From contig JANHCV010000009.1 in NCBI GenBank assembly GCA_025594325.1, positions 1,364,001 to 1,428,000 on the forward strand: DNA of 64,000 bases, read 5' to 3'. Source of the DNA: Blastocladiella emersonii ATCC 22665 (lineage: Eukaryota > Fungi > Blastocladiomycota). How positions within the stretch are numbered: position 1 is the first letter of the stretch; each line of letters begins with the position of its first letter. This document shows positions 46,901-58,735 of this stretch, in pieces. The notes under the pieces were generated by a model. It did no database searches. It saw only the letters and a list, made by a program, of their open reading frames with translations, and was not told where the DNA came from. The position numbers and the translations under genes are program-made.

Positions 46901-47691
46901 CATCGAGTCTCGCTCATCAGCTGGCCGCCGTCGTCGTTCCCGAGGCCGACATGATGGACATTTCGTCGGGGCTGGTCTCCGCCGCGTCCGCCGCGCCCGA
47001 GGCCGTCATGACGGACGCGTCGCCCGTGCACGTCCCCGCCGCGGTGCCTGAGGCCGTCATGACGGACGCGTCGCCCGTGCACGTCTCCGCCGCGGTGCCC
47101 GAGGCCGTCATGGCCGAGTCGGGCGCGATCCAGGCCGCCTTCGAGATGTCCGACGACTTCGTCCTCTCCGCCGACACCATCAACGAGGTCTACGCGCTCG
47201 AGAACGACATGGACGACGTCGAGGACCTGATCGAGATCATGGCCGACGAGCCGGCGTCGCCCGCCATCGACGGCAACCAGGGCACCGCACTCCAGCGGCT
47301 CCTGCAGCAGGCCGACGTCCCGCTCCCGCTCCCGTCCAGCGCCCAGCAGCCGCAGCAGCAGTTCATCGGCGTCCCGCTCCCGCTTCCGCCGCAGCCGACC
47401 CCGTTCGCCGCCGACGTTGCGGGCGCTGTGGTCTTTGACATTGACGACGACGAGGAGGAGGAGGAGGAGTACGTGGAGTACGACGAGGACTCGGACACGG
47501 GTGCCGCTGCGGGCGACGAGGACGCCGAGGACTCGGACGACGATATCGAGGTGTACGTGCACGCGCACATGGCCGAGGTCGAGCCGCCCGCGATCGCCGC
47601 CGTCAACATGCCCGGCAACCCCGAGTTCCTGCAGGCGCAGGCCGCGCACGCGGCGCAGCTTCAGCAGCAGCAGCAGCAGCAGCACCAGTAG
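43902..47691 (+). CDS. Large (about 1200 aa) low-complexity protein with N-terminal hydrophobic segments, Gln-rich repeats, an acidic tract and a polyQ end (gene B)
   Basis: Introns 44160-44220 and 45551-45613 join the ORFs in phase. Strong host codon bias. Confidence 0.78.
46393..46563 (+). repeat. Coding tandem repeat QQQ(Y/F)Q(S/P)APxM(P), about 5 copies with a 30-33 bp period
   Basis: Repeated cagtaccagtcggcgccc..atg..cagcag units seen directly. Confidence 0.9.
46996..47112 (+). repeat. Coding 51-bp (17-aa) tandem repeat PEAVMTDASPVHVxAAV, about 2.3 copies
   Basis: Near-identical units start at 46996, 47047 and 47098. Confidence 0.9.
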
Positions 47692-47731
47692 CTCAGGCTA
47701 CATCAACTTCTACCGCGTCGCGCTCTGCGGC

Positions 47732-48472
47732 CTCGACTCGCGCGACTACTTCACGCTGGCGGCGGGCTCGGATCGTCATCTCGACCTGTCGCTCCATTCG
47801 ACTCTTCTTCCACAACAACTCCAAGCTCGCGGTCTCGACTCGCGTACGGCGGCGCGTTCGGCTCGTCATCTCCGACCTGTCGCCGTCCTCTTCCTCCTGT
47901 TCTTCAAGTTTGCGTTCTCAACATCGACTCAACTCGCTCGCGCGTCATCTTCGCGGCCGTGGCCGGTTCAGCTCGTTTTCCCTGTACCCGTCGCTCGCCC
48001 CCTACCTCCTACCTCCCGTCGGCAACTTTGCGCTCGCGGCCTCGACTCGCGCGTGCCGGTACGCGCTCGTGCAGCGGCTCGCACACGGCATCAAGTCCGG
48101 CTCGTCGTCCCCGGCCCACTGTTCGGCTACTTCCCGTCGGCCTCGACTCGTGCTCGCTGGGCCGTCGGCCCGCGTACCACGGCGGCAACTGGATCATCAT
48201 CCCCAGCCTGTCGCCCCGTCGGCCTCCTTCACCAAGTTCGTGCTCGAAGCCTCGACTCGCGCGTCTCGGTTCGCGCTGGAACCTCGGTTCGCGCACCTCG
48301 GTCGACTCGAGCTCGCTGGGCCTTCTGCTCGCGCACCTCGACCTCGACACTTCGGCTTCGACTCGCGCTTGAGGATTACCTCGCGCACGTCGGCCTCGAC
48401 ACGAGGACATCGACTCGCGCTTGAGGATTACCTCGCGCACCTCGACCTCGACACGTCGGCCTCGACTCGCGC
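47732..48472. repeat. Non-coding array of the CTCGACTCGCG core motif with divergent spacers
   Basis: Cores at 47732, 47834, (47923), 48041, 48142, 48251, 48301, 48357, 48409 and 48461. Confidence 0.75.
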
Positions 48473-49973
48473 CAGCAGCGGCATCCGCGCGCGCATAGCG
48501 GCGGGACCGGATCATCCTCCCCGTGTTCCCGTCGCCCGTCATCCTCCCCCTCCTCCACACCCTTCGCGCGGCACCGGCTGGATCATCCTCCCCGTCCCAC
48601 TGTCGCTACCCTCCCTCGCCCACACGGCGCGCGGTCGGGTCGTCATCCCGAGCCGCGGCGCTCTTCGTTGTTCACCCATTTTTGTACCTCTTAGACTGTA
48701 TACCAACCCTTTTCCTGCCCATCCATGGTCTCGATTAATTAAATCTGAGTCTCGCTCAGGGTTGACGCGCTGCTGGTCGCGGCGGGTGGGGCTTGGTCGC
48801 TGCGGGCTGAGCGACGCGTCGCGTTTCATCCCCCTTGCGCTAGTCTCGATGCCAGACTCTACGGCCACATGGTCGGCGTGGGTGGCCTCGTGCATTCGGA
48901 GAAATGTACGTCGCGGGTCAGCAGGCGCTGGGTAGGGCCGCCTCGGCCCACTGCAGGAATCCCGCCGCTCCCCGCGACAATACGGTCTGGCAACGAGACT
49001 ACCCTTGCGCTTGACTTTTCGACGCCCAACTGCAAGTCAACGTTCAAGTCGAGGGTTCTCTGGAGCGAAACCACGCGAGCTCGCATCGCGCATCTCGCCG
49101 CCCCAGCTTCAACCCTTGAGTTTCACCAATGCCCGCCAGTGGGACGAGTACGTTCCGGACCTCCTTGCCCTTTCTCGGACTTTGAAGCGGGGCCATCAAC
49201 TCTGGCACGGGTCGCACAACCTTCCGCGGCGCGTCATTTCTTGAAACGTCGCAACGTTTCGCTAACCGTGCAACGATTGTTCCTCCAATGTAGACTCCGA
49301 CGAAACCAGCATCGCTGGCACTTCTGGCCAGTCCCTGGAAGCTGTTCGTGTGCCGTCAAGTCGAGGCCCAGCCCGAGACTTTGAGCCGCTGTCACGGTTC
49401 ACGAGCACCCAGCACATCCTCCTTGCGCAGCTCACGCGCGCTGTCGCTCTGGGTCACGGTCAACATTTTTGAGTGGACGGAGGACCTGCCGGTTACGTGT
49501 CTAGCCAGTCACCTCGAGATCCTTCTGCCGCTGGTGGCACCTCGCCGCGAGCGCGAGGCTTCATCGTCCGTGAGTAGCAGCCGTGTCGTAGGTCTCCCGT
49601 CCCCTCCCAAACCTGAAGACCGACCTGAGCTGTATTTTGATACTCCTCCACGTCAAGGACTCTGGTTCTTTCGCCGATACGCGAGTACAACCGAGGCGTG
49701 GATCAAGCACCAGGAAACGATGGGGATACAGATGGCGAGGCAGACGATTCTTTAGCTTGGTTAGGCTAATAGATTTATAGCTGTGCGAATTACACGGACT
49801 CCATCAGGTTCGAGCGTCGGCGGCCTTCGTGGTGCCTTGATCGGACAAGATGATTTGAGGCACGTGATGGAGGAGACGCGTCGGGCGGGCACTCGCGCGC
49901 GGTCGCGGGTCCGCTCTTTGAGGCCGCGCCACCCCCTCGCCCCGCTCTTTGGCCGCGCCCCCACTCGCTGCAA

Positions 49974-51292
49974 ATGTCACTCGTCGTCAAGGAGCTCATC
50001 TTTCTTGGCACGGGTACGCGCGCGCTCTCCCTTCGCGCCACCCGCCCATGCATCGCCCCCGCCGCTGACCACGCCCAGGCGGCCCCCGCCCGCGGTAGGC
50101 ACGTCGGGCTGCCTGCCGTACGTGCGGTGCCTCGTGAACCCGTCCGGGTGCACCGTGTGCCCGACGACGCTGGGTAACCCGCGGTCGCGCAACCGCCGCC
50201 GCAACACGTCGCTGCTGGTGCGCGCGGGCCTGCCCGACGACGACGACCCGGAGACGTGGCGCAACATCGTCATCGACGTCGGAAAGACCTTCTACGACGG
50301 CACCGTCGAGTGGTTCCCCGAGTACGGCATCCGCCGCATCGACGCCGTCATCCTCACCCACCCGCACGCCGACGCGATCCTTGGCGTCGACGACCTGCGC
50401 GCGTGGAGCGTCGAGTCGCCCTTCTTCAAGGGCCCGATCCCCGTGTTCCTCTCGGCCGACACCATGCGCACCATCGAGACCATGTTCCCCTACTGCGCGG
50501 ATACGTCCAAGGCCACGGGCGGCGGGCTCGTCCCGCAGCTCGCGTTCCAGGTGTTTGACGATGACACGGACGCGCTCGATGTGCTCGGCCTGCGCGTGGT
50601 CCCGCTCAAGGGTACGTTCTCGTGTCTACTTGGGGGACGCAGCGCGGCTCACCCCGACCGATTCGCGTAGTCGAGCACGGCGAGTTTGGCGACGGCCGAC
50701 CCTTCTACTGCCACGGGTTCCGCTTCGACGACATTGTCTACGTCTCGGACTGCTCGCTGATCCCGCCACAGACCGACGCCAAGATGCACGGCAGCAAGCT
50801 CATGGTCATGGACGCCCTGCGCTGTACAGTTTTCTCACTGCACCTCCCACCGAAACCGCGCTGACTTCCTGCCCTCCCTCAATAGCCACGCCGCACAAGT
50901 CGCACTTCTCGATCCAGCAGTCCATGGACACGCTGCTCAAGTACCAGCCGCTCGTCGGCCTCATGGTCGGCTTCGCGCACGACCTGGCCCACGACGAGCT
51001 GCGCGACCTCGCCGCCATCTACCTCGACTCGGGCTGCCTCGCCGTCCCCGAGGACCTGCCCAACCGGGTCGTCTCGCACGAGAACCTCAACCACGGCAGC
51101 GGGCCCATCGCCACCAACAGCAACAGCAACGGCTCCCTCCTCGCCGCTACCGTCAAGTCGCCGGGCCTCGAAAACTGGAACGCGACCCGCGGCCGCGTCC
51201 AGGTCCTCGCTCCCGCTTACGACGGGCTACGCGTGCGCGTCGCGCCGGGGATCGACCTCGACGCGGCACGCGGGGAGCGGACCGCGTGGTGA
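49974..51292 (+). CDS. Metallo-beta-lactamase-fold hydrolase, PhnP-like
   Basis: Introns 50014-50098, 50612-50670 and 50824-50885 give [52 protein letters not shown] and PAYDGLRV. Confidence 0.87.
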
Positions 51293-52337
51293 TTGATGGC
51301 TTTCCTCTTCACGACGTCGTTTGTCGCATTGACTTGCTAGCCTAGCTCAAGATACACTCTTCTTACATTTTGCTCGCCTCCGCACGTATCGTAACGACAT
51401 CCACCATCTCGTGCGACGCGCCCGTGTACTTTGCCCACGCGCGCGGCCCGCTGTTGGTGCAGCAGTTCCGCTTGATTTCGTCGACGGCGCAAGCTATCCG
51501 ATCAACGTCGCACAACCCGACCAGTGCTCCGACGCACACAGCGGACTAAGACCATTGTGGTGACGACCGCGTCGAACACTCAGAGAGCTCGCAAATCGCC
51601 TGTCCATGGGTCGTCGCGCAGCGCGCCAACGGCGGCCGCGTCGCAGACCCAATGAGCTCGCAAACCGCTGGTCTATGAGCACACGGGTTGTCGCGCAGGG
51701 CGCGGACGGCGTCGGCACGAGCGCTTGCACAACGTGCTTAAGGCCCATCCGCCGAGCAACAAACTCGAGACTGGATGAGTGCGAAAGGACGCGCTGCTTC
51801 TTTATACGGCCGCTTCGGCACCAGCGCCCGCTCGGTCGCCTCATGCAACTCGAACGCTTCCAAGGTGGCGCGCAAGTTGCTGGTCGATATCGCGTCGCGG
51901 TCCCATTACTGCTTCATGAACCGGCGGCTGGCTGCATCACACAGAGACGTCGGTTGGCCGTGTGAAATCACGGATCGCGAGCCTCAGCGCGGCGGGCATC
52001 GCTCACGACGGCGGCGGGAGCTCAAATCAAGATTTAGCCATGAGAGCAAGTTCCATGGAAGGGTTTGAGCAGCACAAGATGCCGAGAGGACAGACTGACT
52101 GACTGACGGCGAGAGCAGCGCCACGAAGGCTTCGGTTACGAACTGTTCGTACGACGCGGCCTTGCGCTGAGGCTTTCGAGGATAGCTGAAAACGCTCAGA
52201 AACCAGCATTGCATAGAGTTCTGTTTGTTACATCCGATTTCATCGTGAGGTAGACGAGCGAGTGATGTCGAACGGCGTGTTCAGGCGGTGTGGCGCAGCG
52301 CGTGCGGCTCCCTCGAGCTGCGCGCGTGGTTGCAAGG

Positions 52338-53788
52338 CTACTCTTCAAGATGGATCGCGACCATAGCCGCCGCAAACTCTCTCGACGCCAGCGTACTCGG
52401 CGCAACGCGACGGATCTCGCGGATCGCCGCCTTCGCTTCGGCCCCTCCGCCGACCTTGAGCTCGTAGACCGCGCGCGCGATCCAGCTCACGCTAAGGACG
52501 CCGTCGAGCGCGCCAACAGGCACAGTGTGCCAGAACTCGGGGCGCGGGAACACGTCACCGCCAGTCGTATTGCCCGCGAAACTGCGGAGTTTCGCCTCAG
52601 TCTCCGTGCGCATGAGCAGCTGAACGAGCTCGAGGTGCGGATTCGCGACCGTGGCGCACGGCGAAGACAGGTTCGGGCAGTTCGCGGGGTGGGCTTCGAT
52701 GATGAAGGTGACGGTGGTTCCGGGCGGCTCCTCGGACTTGGCGCGCAGCGCCTCGACGACGCCGACGGGGAGCTTTCCCAGCGTGTCCGGGAGCGAGGTG
52801 AGGATCCACGCGATTGCTGCCGGCCACGCACGCTGCGACGCGAGCGGGCAGACGTTGCACGTCTTCTCGCGGGGCGAAAGCGTGATGACGTGGGCACCGG
52901 AATCGTACGTGGACTGCGCGGCGATCATGCTGGACACGAACAGCCACGCCGAGTCGGAGTCGCGCATCACGTCCAGAGCCTTGGACGCGAGCTTGCGGTC
53001 GGACAAAAGGGCTACGGGGAGCCATGCGAAGGCCGAGTGGTGCACGACAAACTCGAAGTTGACGAGGATCTCCTTGGCGAAGAGGAACAGGGCCCAGAGC
53101 TCCTTGCCCTGGCACGGCTGGAACATCCGTCGGAGCCATCGCTGGAGCAGCAGCGACGTGTTCACGCCCCCGGGATGGAGCGAGTACAGAGCGCCCCCGT
53201 TGATGAGGTCGACCACCTCTTGGAAGAACCCCGACAGATTCTTGCCGTCGCCAAGATGGGCCTGCGCGAGCACGAGAAGGTCGAGTGGGTTGACCTAGTT
53301 GTACTCGGCGGTGAATGCGCTGGTTTTGAAGACTAGAATCAAGAGTTTGCTAACTTCATCGAATCCTAGACAATACACGTACTTGACTCGAGGATTTCCA
53401 TGTATACATCGCCGCCGAGCTGCGCGGCAACGAAAGCGGGTTGGAACGTCTCGATGGACCCCGAATCTTAACATCGCTGTGCCGCTTCTCAACCAGTCCG
53501 CGCTTGATAATGGCGGTCCACTCGGCCTTATTGAGAAGTTTGATGACTTTAATGGCCGCGAGCATGGTACTCACAGGCGACGACTAGTTGGCCTCGGCCC
53601 AGTACCACTTTACCGCGCGGTTGCGGACGGCATTGCGCAGATAGCGACTGGCGGCGGGGAGGATAGACCGCGGGGAGGCAAGTTTTAGCATGGCGGAGTA
53701 GAGCGTTGGGAAGCACAGCGGGGGTGCGTCTCGGTACAGCAGGGACGGTAGCGGCGGCGGGGAGGTCGATGTCGATCAGTTGCACCAT
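52338..53788 (-). pseudogene. Pseudogene paralog of the 54339-55837 gene
   Basis: Collinear similarity (AEWTAII.RGLV.K; LA.AHLGDG; LW.LFLFA.E.LV; NPHLELVQLL; AAIR.IRRVAP). In-frame TAGs at 53586 and 53297 plus frameshifts. Confidence 0.75.
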
Positions 53789-54038
53789 GGCGGCGACTTC
53801 AGACTGCATCTCGCAGTGAGAAGCAATCATGCTTGGGATTCGGACAGAAACTACGGAGGCACGAACGCGTGCATATACGCAGCGTGCTGGGCTGCGCTCC
53901 GAATCAGGTGATGGGCGTTTGTGGCGCAACGCGTGGTGATCTGATCAGCTCTTCGCATTTCGGCGCATCCTCACGCTTGAAAGCCAATTACAGAAAGGAA
54001 ACATGCCGCAAATACAACAACTCAATGTAAATACAAGT

Positions 54039-54156
54039 CACCACATGGATTACATCCATTCCCACCGCGAACACGGTCGACGCGACCGCGGCGAGCCGGA
54101 CCTCGCGGATCGCCGCCTGCGCCGCGTCCAGGCTCGGCTTCGCACCGGCCCGAACC
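54039..54156 (-). pseudogene. Third, fragmentary copy (C-terminus only) of the same family
   Basis: Translates as VRAGAKPSLDAAQAAIREVRLAAVASTVFAVGMDVIH, versus LKVGGKLSQVEAQAAIRDIRRVAPIAVASREFADAMVAIH in the intact copy. Confidence 0.6.
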
Positions 54157-54338
54157 TAACATACGGCGCGCATAATCCAATCAGTCTAAATTTTTTTTGC
54201 CGAAACTTCCCGCAAGTGTCGACGCAGACACGCGCCAAGATGCGGCGCGGCGCGCGGAGGTCACTTCACGTGGCCACCTCGCCCTGATTCATGCACGCTC
54301 GCTCAGACCAGCATAGCATGAATTACACAGACGTCAAC

Positions 54339-55837
54339 TCAAAACATATCCCCCGTATGAATCGCGACCATGGCATCCGCAAACTCGCGCGACGCAACGG
54401 CGATCGGCGCGACGCGTCGAATATCCCGAATCGCCGCCTGCGCCTCGACCTGGCTCAACTTCCCGCCGACTTTGAGCTCGTGGACGGCGCGGGCGATCCA
54501 CGCGGCGTGGCGGACGCCGTCGAGCGCGCCGTCGGGGACCGCGCGCCAGAAGGCGGGCGGCGGGGGCTTCTCGTTGGCGGTATCCCCGGTCCCGTTGCCC
54601 GCGGCGCCCGAGAACTTGCGGATCATGGCGTCGAGGTCCATGCAGATCAGCAGCTGCACGAGCTCCAGGTGCGGGTTGTCGACCTTGGTGCACGGGGTCG
54701 CGGTGACGGGGCACGCGGCGGGGGCGGGCGCGATGGGAGTTGTGGCGGCGGGAGCGGCGGCGGGCTGCGACGGCGCGGGACCGGGCAGCGTGCCCATTTT
54801 GGCGAGCAGGGCGTTGATGGTGGCGGCGGGGATCTTGTCGAGCATGCCGGGGAACGAGGTGAAGAGCTTAGCGAGGGTGTCGAGCCAGGCGCGCTGCGAC
54901 GAGAGGGCGCACGTGGAGCACGACTTGCGTCGCGGCGAGAGGTTGACGGCGCGCGCGCCGACGGTGCCTTCGGCCTGGGCGTCCAGCATGACGGTCACGA
55001 AGCGCCACGCCGTGGTGGTGTCACGCATCACGTCCACGGCTTTCGGGGAAAGCTTGCGGTCGTACAGGACGGCGACGGGGATCCAGGCAAGCGCAGCGGG
55101 GTACGAAAGTAACTCGTTGCGGACGAGCATCTCGTTGGCGAAGAGGAACAGGGTCCAGAGGGGTTTGCGCGGGCACGGGCGGAAGAGCGCGTCGAGGACC
55201 TGTTTGATAACCAAGCCGGTGTAGCGTTCATGGGTTTTAAAAAGGCCGATAGCCGACTGGAAGAAGCTCGACAGCTTTTCGCCATCGCCCAGGTGGGCGT
55301 GAGCGAGGCAAAGGATGTCGAGCGGGTCAGTTTCGAACTTGATGATGCTATCCTCGAAGACTAGACGGCGCGCGCGTATTGTTCAACAAGGCCGGATTTT
55401 CCGCAACGCGGTGGCGAGCTCCACGTACTCGACTTGAGCACCTCAATGTACGTGTCGCCGAGCTGCGAAGCAACAAACTCGGGCCGGAACGTCTCCTTTC
55501 CGGTGGTTTTCTTCTGCACCAAGCCGCGCCTGATAATGGCGGTCCACTCAGCCCTGTTTAGCAGCCCGACGACCTCGACCGCGGCGAGCATGTTGGCCAT
55601 GGGCGACGAGGTGCCGGTCCAGCACCGCTTGACGGTGCGGTTCCGGGCCGCATTGCGGAAAGCACTGTGGGCGGCGGGGATGAGAGCACCCGGAATGGCG
55701 AGCTCGAGAACGATGCAGACGAGCTCGACAGGGAGCGCGGCGATGGTCGGGCCCGGCACGGGAACCGGCGCGGGTGCGGCAGCGGGTTGCACCAAGTCGG
55801 TTGGCCGGGATTCAAGTGGTTGGTCCATTTGCTGCAT
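54339..55837 (-). CDS. Hypothetical helical protein with an N-terminal F-box-like motif
   Basis: Intron 55428-55361 joins the ORFs in phase. IAALPVELVCIVLELAIP resembles the LPxE start of an F-box. Otherwise no known domain. Confidence 0.7.
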
Positions 55838-56547
55838 GTGCGAGTTGGAGAGCAGCGATAGAGCCCGAGTGGAGGCGAAGAAGGCGGGCGAACCGGTGTG
55901 GCGCAGCGAGTCGGGTGTCAGCCACACGGGGCGGGGCTGTCATTTCGCTCAACACGGTCCTGACCGCTTCGAGGGACGACGGCCAGGAGCCGGAGCGGGA
56001 GCCAGAGAAGGTTGTGAGCGGTCTCGTTCAAGCGATGGGGGATGCAAGATCCGCGAGCGCAAGCGACGGCGCCCGGGGTCGGCGGAGCAAGTCGCCGGGC
56101 GGTCCGAACGGGGCCCCCGCTCACGACGTCGGGCCTGCATCGAGGCTCACGTTGCACGTGGTCCATGAGCTCCATCCTGCAGTGGTCGGCCTGCAGCGAG
56201 GTCGAGGAACGATGAGCGGGGCGCCGGGACGAGATGTGAGCGGCGTGGCGCAACGCGACCCGTGCGTCGGCTTGGGGTCACGCGGCCACCCTCAAGTATT
56301 TCCGCGCCGCTCCGCCTTCCCTGCCGCCTGCCGCCAACCGTCCGTACTCGCGTTGCTGCCGGCCCCAGCGCCGCGCCGATCGGCGCCCCATGCATCCCGC
56401 CCGGCTTTCATGTGAGCCGTCTTCGAAGCGGGCTTTTCGCGGTGGTGGATGCGAGATGTTCCGAGCCCCCGCCCCGCCGCGGGCCCTACTTAACCCGCCG
56501 CCCGCCCCGCCCGCACCCTCTCTCTCCCCACCAACCCTTCATCTGCC

Positions 56548-58715
56548 ATGGACAACCTCCTCGCGACCGCGCTCGTGGGCCGCGGCCCGCCGCGCGACCT
56601 GCTGCCCGCCGAGGCCGCCGCCTTTTCCGCCGTCATGGACACGTTCATCGCGCCCGCGTCTTCGTCTCCGGACCTGCCGCCGACCCTCGCGGCCCTCCGC
56701 GCGTCCGACCACGCCGATGCGACCGCCGTCTACGCCAAGGCGCGCACCGTGCTGCCCGCGGTCTCGGTGCGCAAGCTGCTCATGGTGCTGCACCTGCTCG
56801 CGCGGCCGGCGGGGATGTGGGTCCTCAGCGGTGCCAAGCACGCGAGGCCGTTTGCCGAGTTGTCGAGCGAGGAGCGTGAGCGCGTTGTCGTCGGGTGGAT
56901 GGTACTTGCTTTCCGTACCCGCTCGTTTGCGAGCCCCCGCTAACGACGCACCCACCGTAGACGTCGGCCAACAACCTCAACCGCACGCTGTACTCGCTGT
57001 TCAAGTCGCTCACCATGATCCACGTGTACGGCACCTTTGCCTCGCCCCAAACGCACCCGGTCGCGCGCGAGCTCGGCTACGACCCGGTGCCCCCACCCCC
57101 ACCCGCCGCGGTCCCCGTCCCCGACCTGTCCTTCATCCCGCGCCCGGTCCCCTCCACCCTCTCGTGCGACGTGGTGATCGTCGGCAGCGGCGCGGGCGGC
57201 GGCGTCGCGGCCGCCGTCCTGGCCTCGCGCGGGTACCGCGTGCTCGTCGTCGAGAAGGGCGACTGGGTCCCGCACCCGACAGGCGACGCGCTCGCGGGCA
57301 CCGAGCAAATGTACGACATGGCGGGGCTCATGTCGTCAGCCGACGCCTCGATCGCGCTGCTCGCGGGGTCGACCGTCGGCGGCGGCACCGCCGTCAACTG
57401 GTCCGCCTCCCTCAAGCCGCAGCACTGGCTGCGCGAGGAGTGGGCCGCGGACCACGGGCTGCCGTACTTCACCTCGCCCGAGTACACGCGCGCGCTCGAC
57501 GCCGTGTGCGACCGCATCGGCGTGTCCGAGTCCGGGATCGCGCACAACCGCGTCAACGCGCTGTTCGCCGACGGGTGCAAAAAGCTCGGCATGCACGTCG
57601 CCGACATCCCGCAGAACACGCGCGGCGACCCGCACGCGTGCGCCAACTGCGGGTTCGGGTGCGCCGCGGGCACCAAGCAGAGCAGCGCGCGGACCTGGCT
57701 CGCCGACGCATGCAAGGCGGGCGCGCGGATCCTGGCGGGCGCGCGCGTTGACCGCGTCCTCGTCTCGCCCGCGGGGACTGCCACGGGTGTCGCTGCGCGG
57801 CTTGTCGAGTCGGGGCAGATCGTGACGATCACGGCGCGCCGCGTCGTCGTCGCGTGCGGGTCGATCCAGTCGCCCGCGCTGCTGCTGCGGTCGGGGCTCG
57901 CGAACCCGCACCTCGGGCGGCATCTCGGCCTGCACCCCGTCGGGCTCGTCCTCGGCCGGTTCCCCGACCCCGTGCACATGCACCAAGGCAGCATGATGAC
58001 GGCCGTGAGCAACGCGGTCGAGAGCTACAACGCGGGGCAGGCCCGGCCGACGGGCTCGGCCGCACCGCGCGCGTATGGCGCGAAACTCGAGTGCACGACG
58101 CTCACGCCCATGTACGCGTCGACGCTGCTCCCGTGGACGGGCAGCGACGCGCACAAGGCCCTGATGCGCGACTTTGACCACTACGCGCCCGTCCTCAGCC
58201 TGACGCGCGACCGCGACCGCCGCGCGCGCGTCGTCCTCGACGCCGACGGCGAGCCGAGCGTCGAGTTTGGGATGTCGGGATTCGACGAGCGGAATCTCGT
58301 CGAGGGACTCGTGCGCGCCGCTATGGTCCTCCTCGCTGCCGGCGCCACGCGCGTCGTCACGACGCAGTGCGGCGTCCCGCCGTTCGATATCACCCCCGGG
58401 TCCGAATGGTCCCCGGCGTGCCCGCGGTGGCAGGCGTGGGAGAAAGAGGTGCGCCGCGTCGGGTGCAAACCGCTCCACTCGCCGCTGTTCTCGGCGCACC
58501 AGATGGGCACGTGTCGCATGGGCAGCAGCCCGAAGCGGTCGGTCGTCAACCCGCGCGGCGAGGCGTGGGAGGTCAAGGGACTGTACGTCGCGGACGCGTC
58601 CACGTTCCCGACGTCGAGCGGGGTCAACCCCATGGTCACCACGTACGCGATGGGGTACTCGGTCGCGAACTTTATCGCGGACGACGATCCCGAGCGCAAG
58701 GCGGCGAAGCTGTGA
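56548..58715 (+). CDS. Long-chain fatty alcohol oxidase (GMC oxidoreductase, FAO-type)
   Basis: Intron 56902-56960. DVVIVGSGAGGGVAA FAD-binding motif, AGSTVGGGTAVNWSAS, CGFGC, SAHQMGTCRMG and ADASTFPTSSGVNPMVT. Confidence 0.92.
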
Positions 58716-58735
58716 TGAGCGTGTATACAATGAAA

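Noticed and set aside
47732-48472. CRISPR array interpretation of the motif-spacer array
   Set aside because: Eukaryotic context, an 11-15 bp degenerate core, spacers of 40-95 bp, and no cas genes or leader.
48860-49760. ORFs 48869-49384 and 49348-49755 as a possible transposon gene
   Set aside because: No transposase, integrase or RT motifs, no terminal repeats, and weak codon bias.
50365-50400. HPHADA instead of HxHxDH in the MBL hydrolase as a sign of inactivation
   Set aside because: As I recall, this substitution is common in eukaryotic PhnP-like proteins, and the other metal ligands are present.
51565-51680. Short direct duplication (about 45 bp, 69-bp period; GAGCTCGCAAA..G..GTC.ATG)
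   Set aside because: Only two degenerate copies in non-coding DNA with no further structure.
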